Below are positions 9,184 through 18,800 of a stretch of 51,848 nucleotides of DNA, piece by piece. Position numbers and translations under genes: made by a program. Under the pieces are notes generated by a model that saw nothing but the letters and a program-made list of their open reading frames with translations, did no database searches and was not told the DNA's origin. Source of the stretch: Oscillospiraceae bacterium (GTDB lineage: Bacteria; Bacillota; Clostridia; Oscillospirales; Ruminococcaceae); the NCBI GenBank assembly GCA_003516865.1, contig DPBR01000004.1, positions 11,255-63,102 of the forward strand, read 5' to 3'. Numbering within the stretch: position 1 is the stretch's first letter; the number at the start of each line of letters is the position of its first letter.

Positions 9184-9588
9184 TCAGCCACCGAGTTGAA
9201 TACCTTTTTCAACAGATTTGGCAATACCGTTTTCGTCAAAATATATGTAGTAATAAAAGTCATTGTTCGACTTCATCAACCCGAAAAAGCCATTGTCTTT
9301 CCCGATAAAATAGCCGTATTCTTCACGGAATTTGTAATTCGGTTCGCCGTAAACGGAAATAATCTCCGCTTTTGTACTTCCTATTATATACAAGTCAACG
9401 TATGGGAAACAAGTCGGAAAAAGCACAAAATACGCCGCAACAATCAAAATTTCAACAAAAAGTATTAAGCCGCAGGTCACGGCAAGCTTTTTCTTTCGAT
9501 TTACAGCTCCGACAACTGTCAGCACCGCAGGTACGAGAAAAACAGCGGCGCAGAACAGCAAAACAGCAATTACTATAAAATCAAGCAT
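9184..9588 (-). CDS. Hypothetical membrane protein (2 TM plus small SmpA/BamE-like domain)
   Basis: 134 aa; GSTKAEIISVYGEP...YYYIYFDENG; overlaps upstream ORF. Confidence 0.65.
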   Translation of the reverse strand: MLDFIVIAVLLFCAAVFLVPAVLTVVGAVNRKKKLAVTCGLILFVEILIVAAYFVLFPTCFPYVDLYIIGSTKAEIISVYGEPNYKFREEYGYFIGKDNGFFGLMKSNNDFYYYIYFDENGIAKSVEKGIQLGG

Positions 9589-10210
9589 CGTCTTTGTCTC
9601 CTAAATATCTGTACCCGAAAAAGCAAGTCGGCATAAAGTAAAGGCACCATATTTCAAGAAGTACAGTTCCTACCGCCGCGTCACCCGAGGCGCCTGTAAA
9701 TACCGGAAACATCGGCACAAACAAGCAGGAAAGGAAGAATATCCCATGTATTTTCAGCATTATTGCAAGCGGTTTTCCGCACTTCTTGGTTTTGTCAACA
9801 AGAAACCCGCCAAAAAACGTCGAGAGTGCCATAAAAGCATAACCAAGCAAATCATAATTGAAGAAAAGGCTGCCCGTATTGCCGTAATCAATGATTTTTC
9901 TTACGTCATCGCTGAGTTCCGGGTGTAGATTTATCGTTGTACACTCAGCAAAGTAAACGATTAGGACAAAAACGACGTAAACAGCCGCGCTTATCAGACT
10001 TACACAGCTAACAGCTTTTCTTTCGGCATCTTTGTTTAATGCGGAAATTCCCGACATAAACAGAATAAAACCAAGCGCTATGAAAATACTTGAAAAGCAG
10101 CAAGCAAACAACCCGTCGGCAAACAATCCATAAATCATAGATGCCGCAAATGCAAATGTTGAAATTCCGGCAATTGCTGCGCCAAGTTTTCCTATCATCT
10201 TATTTGTCAT
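9581..10210 (-). CDS. Hypothetical polytopic membrane protein (about 6 TM)
   Basis: GGAGG RBS inside the end of hisA; hydrophobic segments throughout. Confidence 0.75.
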   Translation of the reverse strand: MTNKMIGKLGAAIAGISTFAFAASMIYGLFADGLFACCFSSIFIALGFILFMSGISALNKDAERKAVSCVSLISAAVYVVFVLIVYFAECTTINLHPELSDDVRKIIDYGNTGSLFFNYDLLGYAFMALSTFFGGFLVDKTKKCGKPLAIMLKIHGIFFLSCLFVPMFPVFTGASGDAAVGTVLLEIWCLYFMPTCFFGYRYLGDKDDA

Positions 10211-10922
10211 TTTTTGCCTCCGCAATCGCCTGTTTCAGGTCGAGAGTGCCGCTGTAAATTGATTTTCCGCAGATTGTGCCGTAAAGACCGAGCTTTTTGC
10301 AGATTTTGATATCCTCGATAGTGTGAACGCCGCCGCTTGCGATAATATTCGCCTTGCAGCACTTGTTTATCTCGTCGAGTTGCTCGGCGTTTACTCCCGA
10401 AAGAGTGCCGTCCTTTGAAATATCCGTGTAAATAATGTACTCAACTCCGACTTTCGACATTGCTTTCGCAAGCTCGGTGAAATGAACCTCGGACGTTTCA
10501 AGCCAGCCTTCCGTTGCCACAAAGCCGTTTTTCGCGTCAATTCCGACTGCAATCCTGCTTCCGTACTCCTTTACCGCGTCCCTTACAAGCTGAGGATTTT
10601 TCACAGCCGCAGAGCCGATTATCACGCGTGATATTCCATTTTTCAGGTACATCTCGACCGTATCAATCAAGCGTATTCCCCCGCCGACCTCGACTTTCAG
10701 CCCCGTATTCCGCGCAACATCAAGAAAAATTTCCTTGTTCTGCTGTGAAGCGTCCTTTGCGCCGTCGAGGTCAACCATATGTATCCACTGCGCACCCGCG
10801 TTCTCAAACGCGCGAGCTGTATCAATATAGCTTTCCGCGACTTTCTCAACGGTCGCGTAATCGCCCTTGTACAGCCGCACGCACTGTCCGTCCTTTATGT
10901 CGATTGCGGGTAATATTATCAT
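10200..10922 (-). CDS. hisA: ProFAR isomerase
   Basis: MIILPAIDIKDGQCVRL, HMVDLDGA, VGGGIR, TDISKDGTLSG. Confidence 0.97.
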   Translation of the reverse strand: MIILPAIDIKDGQCVRLYKGDYATVEKVAESYIDTARAFENAGAQWIHMVDLDGAKDASQQNKEIFLDVARNTGLKVEVGGGIRLIDTVEMYLKNGISRVIIGSAAVKNPQLVRDAVKEYGSRIAVGIDAKNGFVATEGWLETSEVHFTELAKAMSKVGVEYIIYTDISKDGTLSGVNAEQLDEINKCCKANIIASGGVHTIEDIKICKKLGLYGTICGKSIYSGTLDLKQAIAEAKNDK

Positions 10923-10991
10923 AACTTATTCCCTTTCTATTTCTTCATTCTTGTTTGCTTATTGCGTAAAAGTTTTCTTTTGCGAATAAAG

Positions 10992-11582
10992 TCAAATTTC
11001 AGCAAATCTTTTAAGCATCGCAAGACCCGCTTCTCCGCTTTTTTCCGGGTGAAACTGCGCTCCGAAAACGTTCCCGCTGAAAACAAGCGCGGGAACTTTC
11101 ATTCCGTAATCACAGTACGCCGATACGTTTTCATTCGGGCAATCAGCCGCATAAGAGTGAACAAAATAGACGTATTCCCCGCCCTTTTCCAGAAGCTTAC
11201 AGGGATTGTTAAGCTCAAGCTCGTTCCAACCCATATGAGGAACTGCGAGATTATTTGGCGTCATAAGTTTTACGCTGCCCTTTATCAAGCCAAGTCCTTC
11301 CGTTTCCCCAAATTCAAAGCCCTTTTCAAAAAGCATCTGCATACCGAGGCAAATTCCCAGAAGCGGCTTTTTTTTAGCCTCTTGTTTGATTACACCGACA
11401 AGTCCGCTTTCATTCAACATTCTCATTGCATCGGGAAAAGCGCCGACTCCCGGCAGTATAAGCCTGTCAGCAGAACGCAAATCTTCGGGTTTATTTGTAA
11501 TTGTATTCTCAATTCCGAGATAATCAAGCGCGTTTTTCACACTGAAAAGATTTCCCGCTCCATAATCAATAATTGCAGTCAT
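10992..11582 (-). CDS. hisH: Imidazole glycerol phosphate synthase, glutaminase subunit
   Basis: IIDYGAGN, LPGVGAF, GICLGMQ, QFHPEKS. Confidence 0.97.
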   Translation of the reverse strand: MTAIIDYGAGNLFSVKNALDYLGIENTITNKPEDLRSADRLILPGVGAFPDAMRMLNESGLVGVIKQEAKKKPLLGICLGMQMLFEKGFEFGETEGLGLIKGSVKLMTPNNLAVPHMGWNELELNNPCKLLEKGGEYVYFVHSYAADCPNENVSAYCDYGMKVPALVFSGNVFGAQFHPEKSGEAGLAMLKRFAEI

Positions 11583-12010
11583 TTAAACTTCCCTTTCGTC
11601 AGGAATATTTTGTCGTAATTCAGCTTTATATGCTCCATTATGTGACCGATATTTCCCTCGCCCGCATATTGCCGCATATCGAAAAAATCACTGTCAAGAC
11701 CGCTCCAAAAAAGCGGATTTTCTTCGCCGTTTATCGGAACATCACGTTTAAGCTGTCCCGCGTAAACCTCGACGTAACACGGGTCGAGCGGGTATGTGAA
11801 GTCCATAAGATGAACAAGCGCGATATCCTCCCGCGTAATTCCCGTTTCCTCAAAAAGCTCGCGATAAGCCGCGTCAACGCCGTTTTCGCCCGCCTCAATC
11901 TTCCCGCCGACAAAGTTTTTCAGCCCTTTGTAAGGGTCTTTAATTCGCCTGCACATAAGCATTTTCTGACCGTCTGCCGAAAAAACGGCAACGAGGTTAT
12001 ATCCCTGCAT
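11579..12010 (-). CDS. NUDIX hydrolase
   Basis: Intact Nudix box GGKIEAGENGVDAAYRELFEETGI; start and stop overlap hisB and hisH. Confidence 0.9.
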   Translation of the reverse strand: MQGYNLVAVFSADGQKMLMCRRIKDPYKGLKNFVGGKIEAGENGVDAAYRELFEETGITREDIALVHLMDFTYPLDPCYVEVYAGQLKRDVPINGEENPLFWSGLDSDFFDMRQYAGEGNIGHIMEHIKLNYDKIFLTKGKFK

Positions 12011-12588
12011 TAAAGAACACCCTTTGTCGATACAATTTCGCCCGAATTAGGCTTAACGGCGGTTTTAAGCGCGTAAGCAAGCGCTTTGAACAGCGCTTCC
12101 GCCTTATGGTGGTCGTTTTTGCCGTATTCGCAGCGCAGATGAAGCGTAATTCCTGCGTTAAACGCAAACGCGCGCATAAATTCCTCGATAAGGCAAGTGT
12201 CAAGCTCGCCGATTTTCTCGTTCACAAACTCCGCGTTGAACACAAGAAACGGTCTGCCGCTTATATCAACCGCGCAGAAGCCGAGCGCTTCGTCCATAGG
12301 AATAAACGCGCTTCCGTAACGCACAATTCCGCCCTTATCTCCAAGCGCTTCGCAAAACGCTTTTCCAAGCACAATTCCGACATCTTCCGCCGTGTGATGG
12401 CCGTCGACATAGAGGTCGCCCTTGGCTTCGAGCGTCAGCCCAAACCCGCCGTGAACCCCAAGCGCAGTCAGCATATGGTCGAGAAAGCCTATTCCCGTAT
12501 TTATCTTAACCTCGCCTCCGTCAATCTTCAGCAACACGGTAATGTCGGTTTCTTTGGTTTTTCTGGTAATATTCGCTTCTCTGTTCAT
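12010..12588 (-). CDS. hisB: Imidazoleglycerol-phosphate dehydratase (monofunctional)
   Basis: RKTKETDI, GFLDHML, DGHHTAED, NDHHKAEALFK. Confidence 0.97.
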   Translation of the reverse strand: MNREANITRKTKETDITVLLKIDGGEVKINTGIGFLDHMLTALGVHGGFGLTLEAKGDLYVDGHHTAEDVGIVLGKAFCEALGDKGGIVRYGSAFIPMDEALGFCAVDISGRPFLVFNAEFVNEKIGELDTCLIEEFMRAFAFNAGITLHLRCEYGKNDHHKAEALFKALAYALKTAVKPNSGEIVSTKGVL

Positions 12589-12597
12589 TTTTTCTCC

Positions 12598-13896
12598 TTA
12601 TTCGCCGGACTTTCTGACTTCAATGGAATTTGCGTGAGCCGTGAGCTGTTCGCGCTTTGCAATCAGAATAATATCGTCCGCCGCGTCAAGAAGCGCGTCC
12701 TTTGTGTAATAAATGTAGCTTGAACGCTTAACAAAGCTGTCAACGCCGAGCGGCGAATAAAATCTCGCAGTTCCGCCTGTCGGAAGAACGTGGTTCGGTC
12801 CCGCGTAATAGTCGCCGAGCGGCTCGGGAGAGTGATTTCCGAGGAACAGCGAACCGACATTATCAAGCTTCCCTATGTATTCAAGCGGATTTTCCGCGCA
12901 GACTTCGAGGTGTTCGGGAGCGATTTTGTTCGCGATTTCAACAGCATAATCCATATTGTCGCAAACGATAATTGCTCCGTAATTTTTCAGTGACTCCTCG
13001 ATAATTTCCTTTCTCGAAAGGTTCTGAACCTGACGTTCAATCTCAGCTTTTGTTTTCTCGGCAATTTCACGGCTTGTGGTTATCATAATCGCGCTTGCAA
13101 TCCTGTCGTGTTCAGCCTGCGACATAAGGTCAGCAGCTAGATAAACGGGATTTGCCGTTTTGTCCGCGATAACAAGAATTTCGCTCGGTCCCGCAACCAT
13201 ATCAATATCAACGTTGCCGTAAACAAGCTTTTTCGCCGTTGTAACATAGATATTGCCGGGACCCACAATCTTGGATACGCGCGGAATTTCCTCCGTTCCG
13301 TAAGCAAGCGCAGCTATTGCCTGAGCGCCGCCCGTGAGATAAATTCTGTCAACGCCGCAAAGCGCCGCGGCAACGAGAATATCCTTATTCGCCGAGCCGT
13401 CCTTAAGCGGCGGAGTTACCATAATAACTTCCTTTACGCCGGCAATTTTCGCAGGAATTGCGTTCATCAGAACAGACGACGGATAAGCCGCCGTGCCGCC
13501 CGGAACGTACAGCCCGACCTTATCAAGACCGCGAACGCGCTGTCCCATAATAACGCCGTTTTCTTCGGTTACGCAAAAGCCCTCGCGCTTTTGTCTTGTG
13601 TGAAAAGCGGTGATATTCTCAACTGCGTTTAGCATTGCCTCGACAAATTCCGGCGACTTTTCGTTGGCTTCTGTCAGCGCGTCCTGAATTGCCTCGTCGG
13701 GAACGCGATAATATTTCGCGTTCGGGCAGTCGAATTTCGCCGTATACTCCTTAACTGCTTTATCGCCGTTTTTCTTTACGTTTTCAAGTATCGCCTTAAC
13801 TGTCTTTTCAACTTCCGCGCCGACTTCTCCCGCGCGCTTTTCGGTTTCTTCTAGAAACTTCTTTTCATCGCCGTTCGCTTCGATTATTCTTATCAT
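12598..13896 (-). CDS. hisD: Histidinol dehydrogenase
   Basis: GLYVPGG, GPGNIYV, AGPSE, SQAEHD, APEHLE, GPNHVLPT. Confidence 0.97.
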   Translation of the reverse strand: MIRIIEANGDEKKFLEETEKRAGEVGAEVEKTVKAILENVKKNGDKAVKEYTAKFDCPNAKYYRVPDEAIQDALTEANEKSPEFVEAMLNAVENITAFHTRQKREGFCVTEENGVIMGQRVRGLDKVGLYVPGGTAAYPSSVLMNAIPAKIAGVKEVIMVTPPLKDGSANKDILVAAALCGVDRIYLTGGAQAIAALAYGTEEIPRVSKIVGPGNIYVTTAKKLVYGNVDIDMVAGPSEILVIADKTANPVYLAADLMSQAEHDRIASAIMITTSREIAEKTKAEIERQVQNLSRKEIIEESLKNYGAIIVCDNMDYAVEIANKIAPEHLEVCAENPLEYIGKLDNVGSLFLGNHSPEPLGDYYAGPNHVLPTGGTARFYSPLGVDSFVKRSSYIYYTKDALLDAADDIILIAKREQLTAHANSIEVRKSGE

Positions 13897-14528
13897 TACA
13901 AGTTCTCCTTAATCAGATTAACAATTTCAAGTATTCTTTCCTGTTTAAGTTTGATGCTGACGGTATTTGCGATAAGCCTTGCGGAAACCGGCGCTACGTC
14001 CTCGACAACCTCAAGACCGTTTTCTTTGAGCGTCGTTCCCGTTTCAACGATATCGACAATTCCGTCCGACAGCCCCACAAGCGGCGCAAGCTCCACGGAA
14101 CCCTCAATTTTTACGATATCAACGTCAATTCCTTTATTTTCAAAAAAATCACGCGTTACTTCGGGGTATTTAGTAGCAACCGTCTTTACTCCGTATCCGC
14201 TGTAAAAATCGGTTCCCTTCTTAACGGCAAGAGCGAATTTACACTTTCCGAAGCCCAAATCCTCAATTTCATAGAACTTTCCGCCGTGCTCCATAATTGT
14301 GTCTTTTCCGACAACTCCGAGGTCGCATACGCCGTGTTCAACGTATGTTATAACGTCAGCCGCCTTTGCCAGAACAACTTCAATATTCTCGTCGGATATC
14401 GTCAGAATAAGCCTTCTGCCCTTTTCACGCAGGTCTGTGACGTCGTAGCCTATTTTTTCAAGCAAATCAACAGCTTTATTCTCAATTCTGCCCTTTGTAA
14501 GCGCAATTCTGATTTTCTTTTTTTCCAC
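13896..14528 (-). CDS. hisG: ATP phosphoribosyltransferase, short form
   Basis: IALTKGR, GVVGKD, GSVELAP, IVDIVETGTTL. GTG at 14528 follows a GGAGGT RBS (alternative GTG at 14534). Confidence 0.95.
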   Translation of the reverse strand: MEKKKIRIALTKGRIENKAVDLLEKIGYDVTDLREKGRRLILTISDENIEVVLAKAADVITYVEHGVCDLGVVGKDTIMEHGGKFYEIEDLGFGKCKFALAVKKGTDFYSGYGVKTVATKYPEVTRDFFENKGIDVDIVKIEGSVELAPLVGLSDGIVDIVETGTTLKENGLEVVEDVAPVSARLIANTVSIKLKQERILEIVNLIKENL

Positions 14529-14530
14529 GG

Positions 14531-15721
14531 TCACACCTCCCTGCTTTCGGTTTCGCCGTTTTCATTTATCACGTCAAGCCGCTTTATTCCGTGCTTTTTT
14601 GCAAATTTCTCGGCGCATTTCGGACAAATTCCATTAAAATTTCGGACGGATAATCCCTTTGATATCAGCTTTTCGCAATGTTTAAGCGCCGATATTCTAT
14701 CGTTTGAAAATACGAGCACATCGGGCGTTTTCGCAAGCGATTTTCCCTTGTTTTTCAGATAAACCTTTGCCGCAGCTTCAATATTTACGGCAAATCCGAC
14801 TGCTTTCGCTTCTCTTCCGCCAAACTCGCCGATAAGCGTATCGTATCTTCCTCCCGAAAGAACCGGCTGTCCGTAACCCTCGACATATCCCTTGAAGATA
14901 ATTCCCGTGTAATAATTCTTCTTGTTTACAAGACCGAGGTCAACGCGGATTTTTTCCTCGGGAATAATCCCCGCAAGCTCCAGACACAGCCTTTCAAGCC
15001 GCGAAAGCTTCTTTTCAATCGCTTCTCCGAAAAGATACTTTCTCGCTTCCTCAAACACTTCAAAACCTCCGAACAGCCTCGGAAGCATTCTCAGCGCTTC
15101 AAAAGATTTGTCATCGGCAAGCATATCGTCAATCGCAGGATAATTCTTGTCCACAATGTTCACGCGAAGCTTCTCTGTCTGCTGTTCATCGGAATAATTG
15201 TACTGAGAAAGAAGCTCGCTGAAAATGCCGCTGTCGCCGATTTCGATGCGATAATCCTCGTCGCACTCGCCGAGCGCTTTCGCCGCAAGAAACAGCGCTT
15301 CGTAATCGGAGTCCTCGTTTTCGCCGCCGATAATCTCAATTCCGCTTTGCTCAAACTCGTCGTCGCGTCCGCTGTCCTTTGGATTAACCATAAAAATGCT
15401 CTGGTTATAGAACAGTTTAAGCGGAAGTTCCTCATCGCGAAGCCTTGTCGCGCAAAGCCTTGCAATCGGCATTGTCGTATCGGGGCGCAGAACCATAAGC
15501 CTGTTCTTCCCGTCAACCAGCTTGTACATCGTTTCCGGAGCGAAATGACGCGCCTTTCCGTTGAATACATCATAAAATTCAATTCCCGGAGTAATTACCT
15601 CGGAATAGCCGTAGTTCTCGAATATTCCCGTAATTCTATCTTCAAGATATCTCTTTGCGGCACATTCCTCAAAGAGCAAATCCCGCGTTCCTTCGGGTGT
15701 CAGCCAGTCGTTTCTTCTCAT
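14531..15721 (-). CDS. hisZ: ATP phosphoribosyltransferase regulatory subunit
   Basis: TPEGTRD, LRPDTT, YYTGIIF, SGGRYD; HisRS-like and directly upstream of short hisG. Confidence 0.93.
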   Translation of the reverse strand: MRRNDWLTPEGTRDLLFEECAAKRYLEDRITGIFENYGYSEVITPGIEFYDVFNGKARHFAPETMYKLVDGKNRLMVLRPDTTMPIARLCATRLRDEELPLKLFYNQSIFMVNPKDSGRDDEFEQSGIEIIGGENEDSDYEALFLAAKALGECDEDYRIEIGDSGIFSELLSQYNYSDEQQTEKLRVNIVDKNYPAIDDMLADDKSFEALRMLPRLFGGFEVFEEARKYLFGEAIEKKLSRLERLCLELAGIIPEEKIRVDLGLVNKKNYYTGIIFKGYVEGYGQPVLSGGRYDTLIGEFGGREAKAVGFAVNIEAAAKVYLKNKGKSLAKTPDVLVFSNDRISALKHCEKLISKGLSVRNFNGICPKCAEKFAKKHGIKRLDVINENGETESREV

Positions 15722-15740
15722 ATTTACCTCTCTTTTCATT

Positions 15741-15808
15741 TGATTTAGCGTGCTAATGTGATATTATATTATCATATTACTATAATATCACATTAGCATT
15801 AATTTGTC
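15741..15808. promoter_or_regulatory. Putative HisR (TrpR/YerC-like) operators and 18-bp inverted repeat at the his promoter
   Basis: TGATTTAGCGTGCTAATGTG (15741-15760) resembles YACTTTANYNNRNTAAAGTR; second half-site at 15789-15798; perfect IR 15751-15768 / 15781-15798. Confidence 0.6.
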
Positions 15809-15810
15809 AA
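15782..15810 (-). promoter_or_regulatory. Sigma-A promoter of the his operon
   Basis: TTGACA-17-TATTAT with TGTG extension. Confidence 0.75.
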
Positions 15811-15860
15811 GCAAAGAAGTATTTTTCGACAAAATAAACAGAAATTATCAACAATGTTGA

Positions 15861-18800
15861 TTAAATATCAAAAAGCGTATATTGAGCGGATTGCTGAAAT
15901 CCCTTGAAAACGCCCATATCTTTCAGCTTTTCGATAACCGTGCTGTTAACGCCGCTCATAGACTGAATTTCATCAATACTCAGAGCTTCGCCGCTGTCGA
16001 TAACTTCCTTGAGCTTCAGCGCAGCCGTTTCTCCGCAGCCGGAAACCGCCATAAACGGCATTCTCAGCTTTCCGTCCTCAACAACGTAAGTTACCGCGTT
16101 TGACAGCTTTGCGTCAACAGGCAGAACGTCAATTCCGCGCGCCATCATCTCGTAAATAAGCAGCAAAACGTCCATAACGTCCTCTTCTTTCGCGGAGGGC
16201 TTCTGATTGCTTCTGATTTCCTCAATGCGCTGTTTAACGGCTGCTTTTCCGCGTAAAATCGTTTCAAGCTCGAGATTATCCGTGTGCTTTGTAAGCGTTG
16301 CCGCGTAAAATTCCGCGGGTTTGTGTATCTTGAACCACGCAAGCTTAACCGCAGCCGTTACATAAGCCGCCGCGTGCGCTTTCGGGAACATATATTTGAT
16401 TTTCTTACAGCTCTCGACGTACCATTCCGGAACGTTATTTTCCTCAAACGCCTTGTAAATGTCCTCGTTAAAGAGCTTTTTCGCGTTGCCCTTACGGGTG
16501 ATTTCCATTATCTTGAACGCAAGCGAAGGCTCGACGCCCTTATGCATAAGGTAAACCATTATGCTGTCGCGCGTTCCTATAACGTCCGAAATCGTGCAGG
16601 TTCCGTTTTTGATTAAATCCTGCGCGTTTCCGAGCCAAACGTCCGTGCCATGTGAAAGTCCCGAAATCTGAAGCAGATCCGAAAAATTCTTCGGCTGAGC
16701 GTCCTGAAGCATCTGCATTGCAAAGCTTGTTCCGAATTCGGGTATTCCGAACGTGCCGCTTTTAACGCCGATATCCTCCTGAAGATTAAGCGGCTCGGTT
16801 GATACGAAAAGCTTGTATACAAGCGGGTCTGAAGTCGGAACGTCCGCAATCTTTATTCCCGTCATATCCTCAAGGTGCTTGTAAAGCGTAGGAACATCGT
16901 GCCCAAGTTCATCAAGTTTAAGTATGGTGTCGTGCAAAGCGTGGAAGTCGAAGTGCGTTGTTATCATATCGCTCTCGGTTTTGTCGGCTGGGTGCTGAAC
17001 GGGAGTGAAATCATAAACCTCGTAATCGTTCGGTACAACAACCATTCCGCCGGGGTGCTGGGAAGTCGTTCTCTTAACGCCCGTACAGCCGATGGTAAGG
17101 CGCTCGATTTCCGCGTCATTGAACGTAAATCCGTGTTCGTCACAATATTTTTTTACAAAGCCAAACGCGGTCTTATCTTTGACTGCGGAAATTGTTCCCG
17201 CCTTGAAAACGTGGTCTTTACCGAACAATTCTTCGGTGTATCTGTGAACCTTTCCCTGAACCTCGCCGGAGAAGTTAAGGTCAATATCGGGCGCTTTATC
17301 ACCCTTGAAGCCAAGGAACGTTTCAAACGGGATATCGTGACCGTCGCGTATCATATCAATTCCGCAGTTCGGACAGTTTTTCGGCGGCAGGTCAAATCCC
17401 GAACCTACCGAACCGTCCGTTACAAACTCGCTGTGGCGGCATTTCGGGCAGCGATAATGCGGCGCGAGCGGATTGACCTCGGAAATGCCAGACATTATCG
17501 CTACAAAAGACGAACCTACCGAACCTCTCGAACCGACAAGATAACCGTTATCCTCCGAGTATTTAACAAGCTTCTGCGCAATCATATAAAGCACCGAGAA
17601 ACCGTACTTTATTATAGACTCAAGCTCTCTTTTTAAGCGGCTTTCAACGATTTCGGGAAGCTCTTTTCCGTCCTCTTTGTACCAAGCGTTGGCTCTTCCC
17701 CAGCACAAATCCTGAAGCTCCTGCTCAGCGCCCTCGATTGACGGAGTAAACGTGCCTTTCGGAATGGGTCTTATGTCGCCGTCAATCATATCCGCAATTT
17801 TATTCGTGTTTGTTACAACAACCTCAAATGCTTTTTCCTTACCGAGATACGAAAATTCTTCAAGCATTTCATCGGTTGTTCGGAAGTACAAATCAGCTTG
17901 ATAATCGGCGTCCTTATATCCCTGACCCGCCTGCAATATTTTACGGAAAATGCCGTCCTCCTTGTCCTTGAAGTGAACGTCGCAGGTTGCCACGCATAGC
18001 TTTCCGTGCTTTTCGGCAAGCCTTACAATCTTCTGATTGAGCAATCTGAGCGCTTCTTCGTCCGGCACCCTGCCCTCGCGCACGAGAAATCTGTTGTTGC
18101 ATATAGGCTGAATTTCATAGTAATCATAAATTGCGGCGATTTTGTCAACTTCTTCCTGCGGCTTATCGTCAAGAATTGCTCTGAAAAGTTCTCCCGCTTC
18201 GCACGCCGAACCGATAATCAACCCCTCGCGGTGCTTCTGGAGTTCCGAAAGCGGGATTCTCGGTTTTTTGTAGAAATAATTAAGGTTTGAGAGCGAAATT
18301 AGCTTGTAAAGATTTTTCAGGCCGACTTTATTCTGCGCTAGAATTATCATATGATAAGTCGGCAGTTTTTTCGCGTCAACGCCGCCGAAAAGGTCGTTGA
18401 GGTCGCCGAGTTTGTTAAGTCTGCCAAGCTTTTCCGCGTCGTTAAGCAAGCACTGAAAAATCTTCGCGAGCATCATCGCGTCGTCAACCGCGCGGTGGTG
18501 GTTGAAATCGCCGAGCTTATACTCCTTTGCAACGGTATCTAGCTTGTGGTTTTTCAGCCGCGGCAAAGCAGCTCTGCAAATGCCCACGGTATCCACAAAA
18601 TTAAATTTATATTCGATATTTTGTCTTGACGAAGCGGCTCTGATAAACGACGTATCAAAGTTTGCGTTATGCGCGACAAGAACGCCTTTTCCCGCGAATT
18701 TTATAAACGCTTCAAGCGCGTCCTTTTCGGAGGGCGCATTCTCAACCATAGCGTCGGTAATTCCCGTAATTTCGGTAATCTGCGCGGGAATGGGCATTTC

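Noticed and set aside
10959..10989. Imperfect hairpin between hisH and hisA
   Set aside because: AT-rich, mismatched and with no U tract on the coding strand; too weak to call
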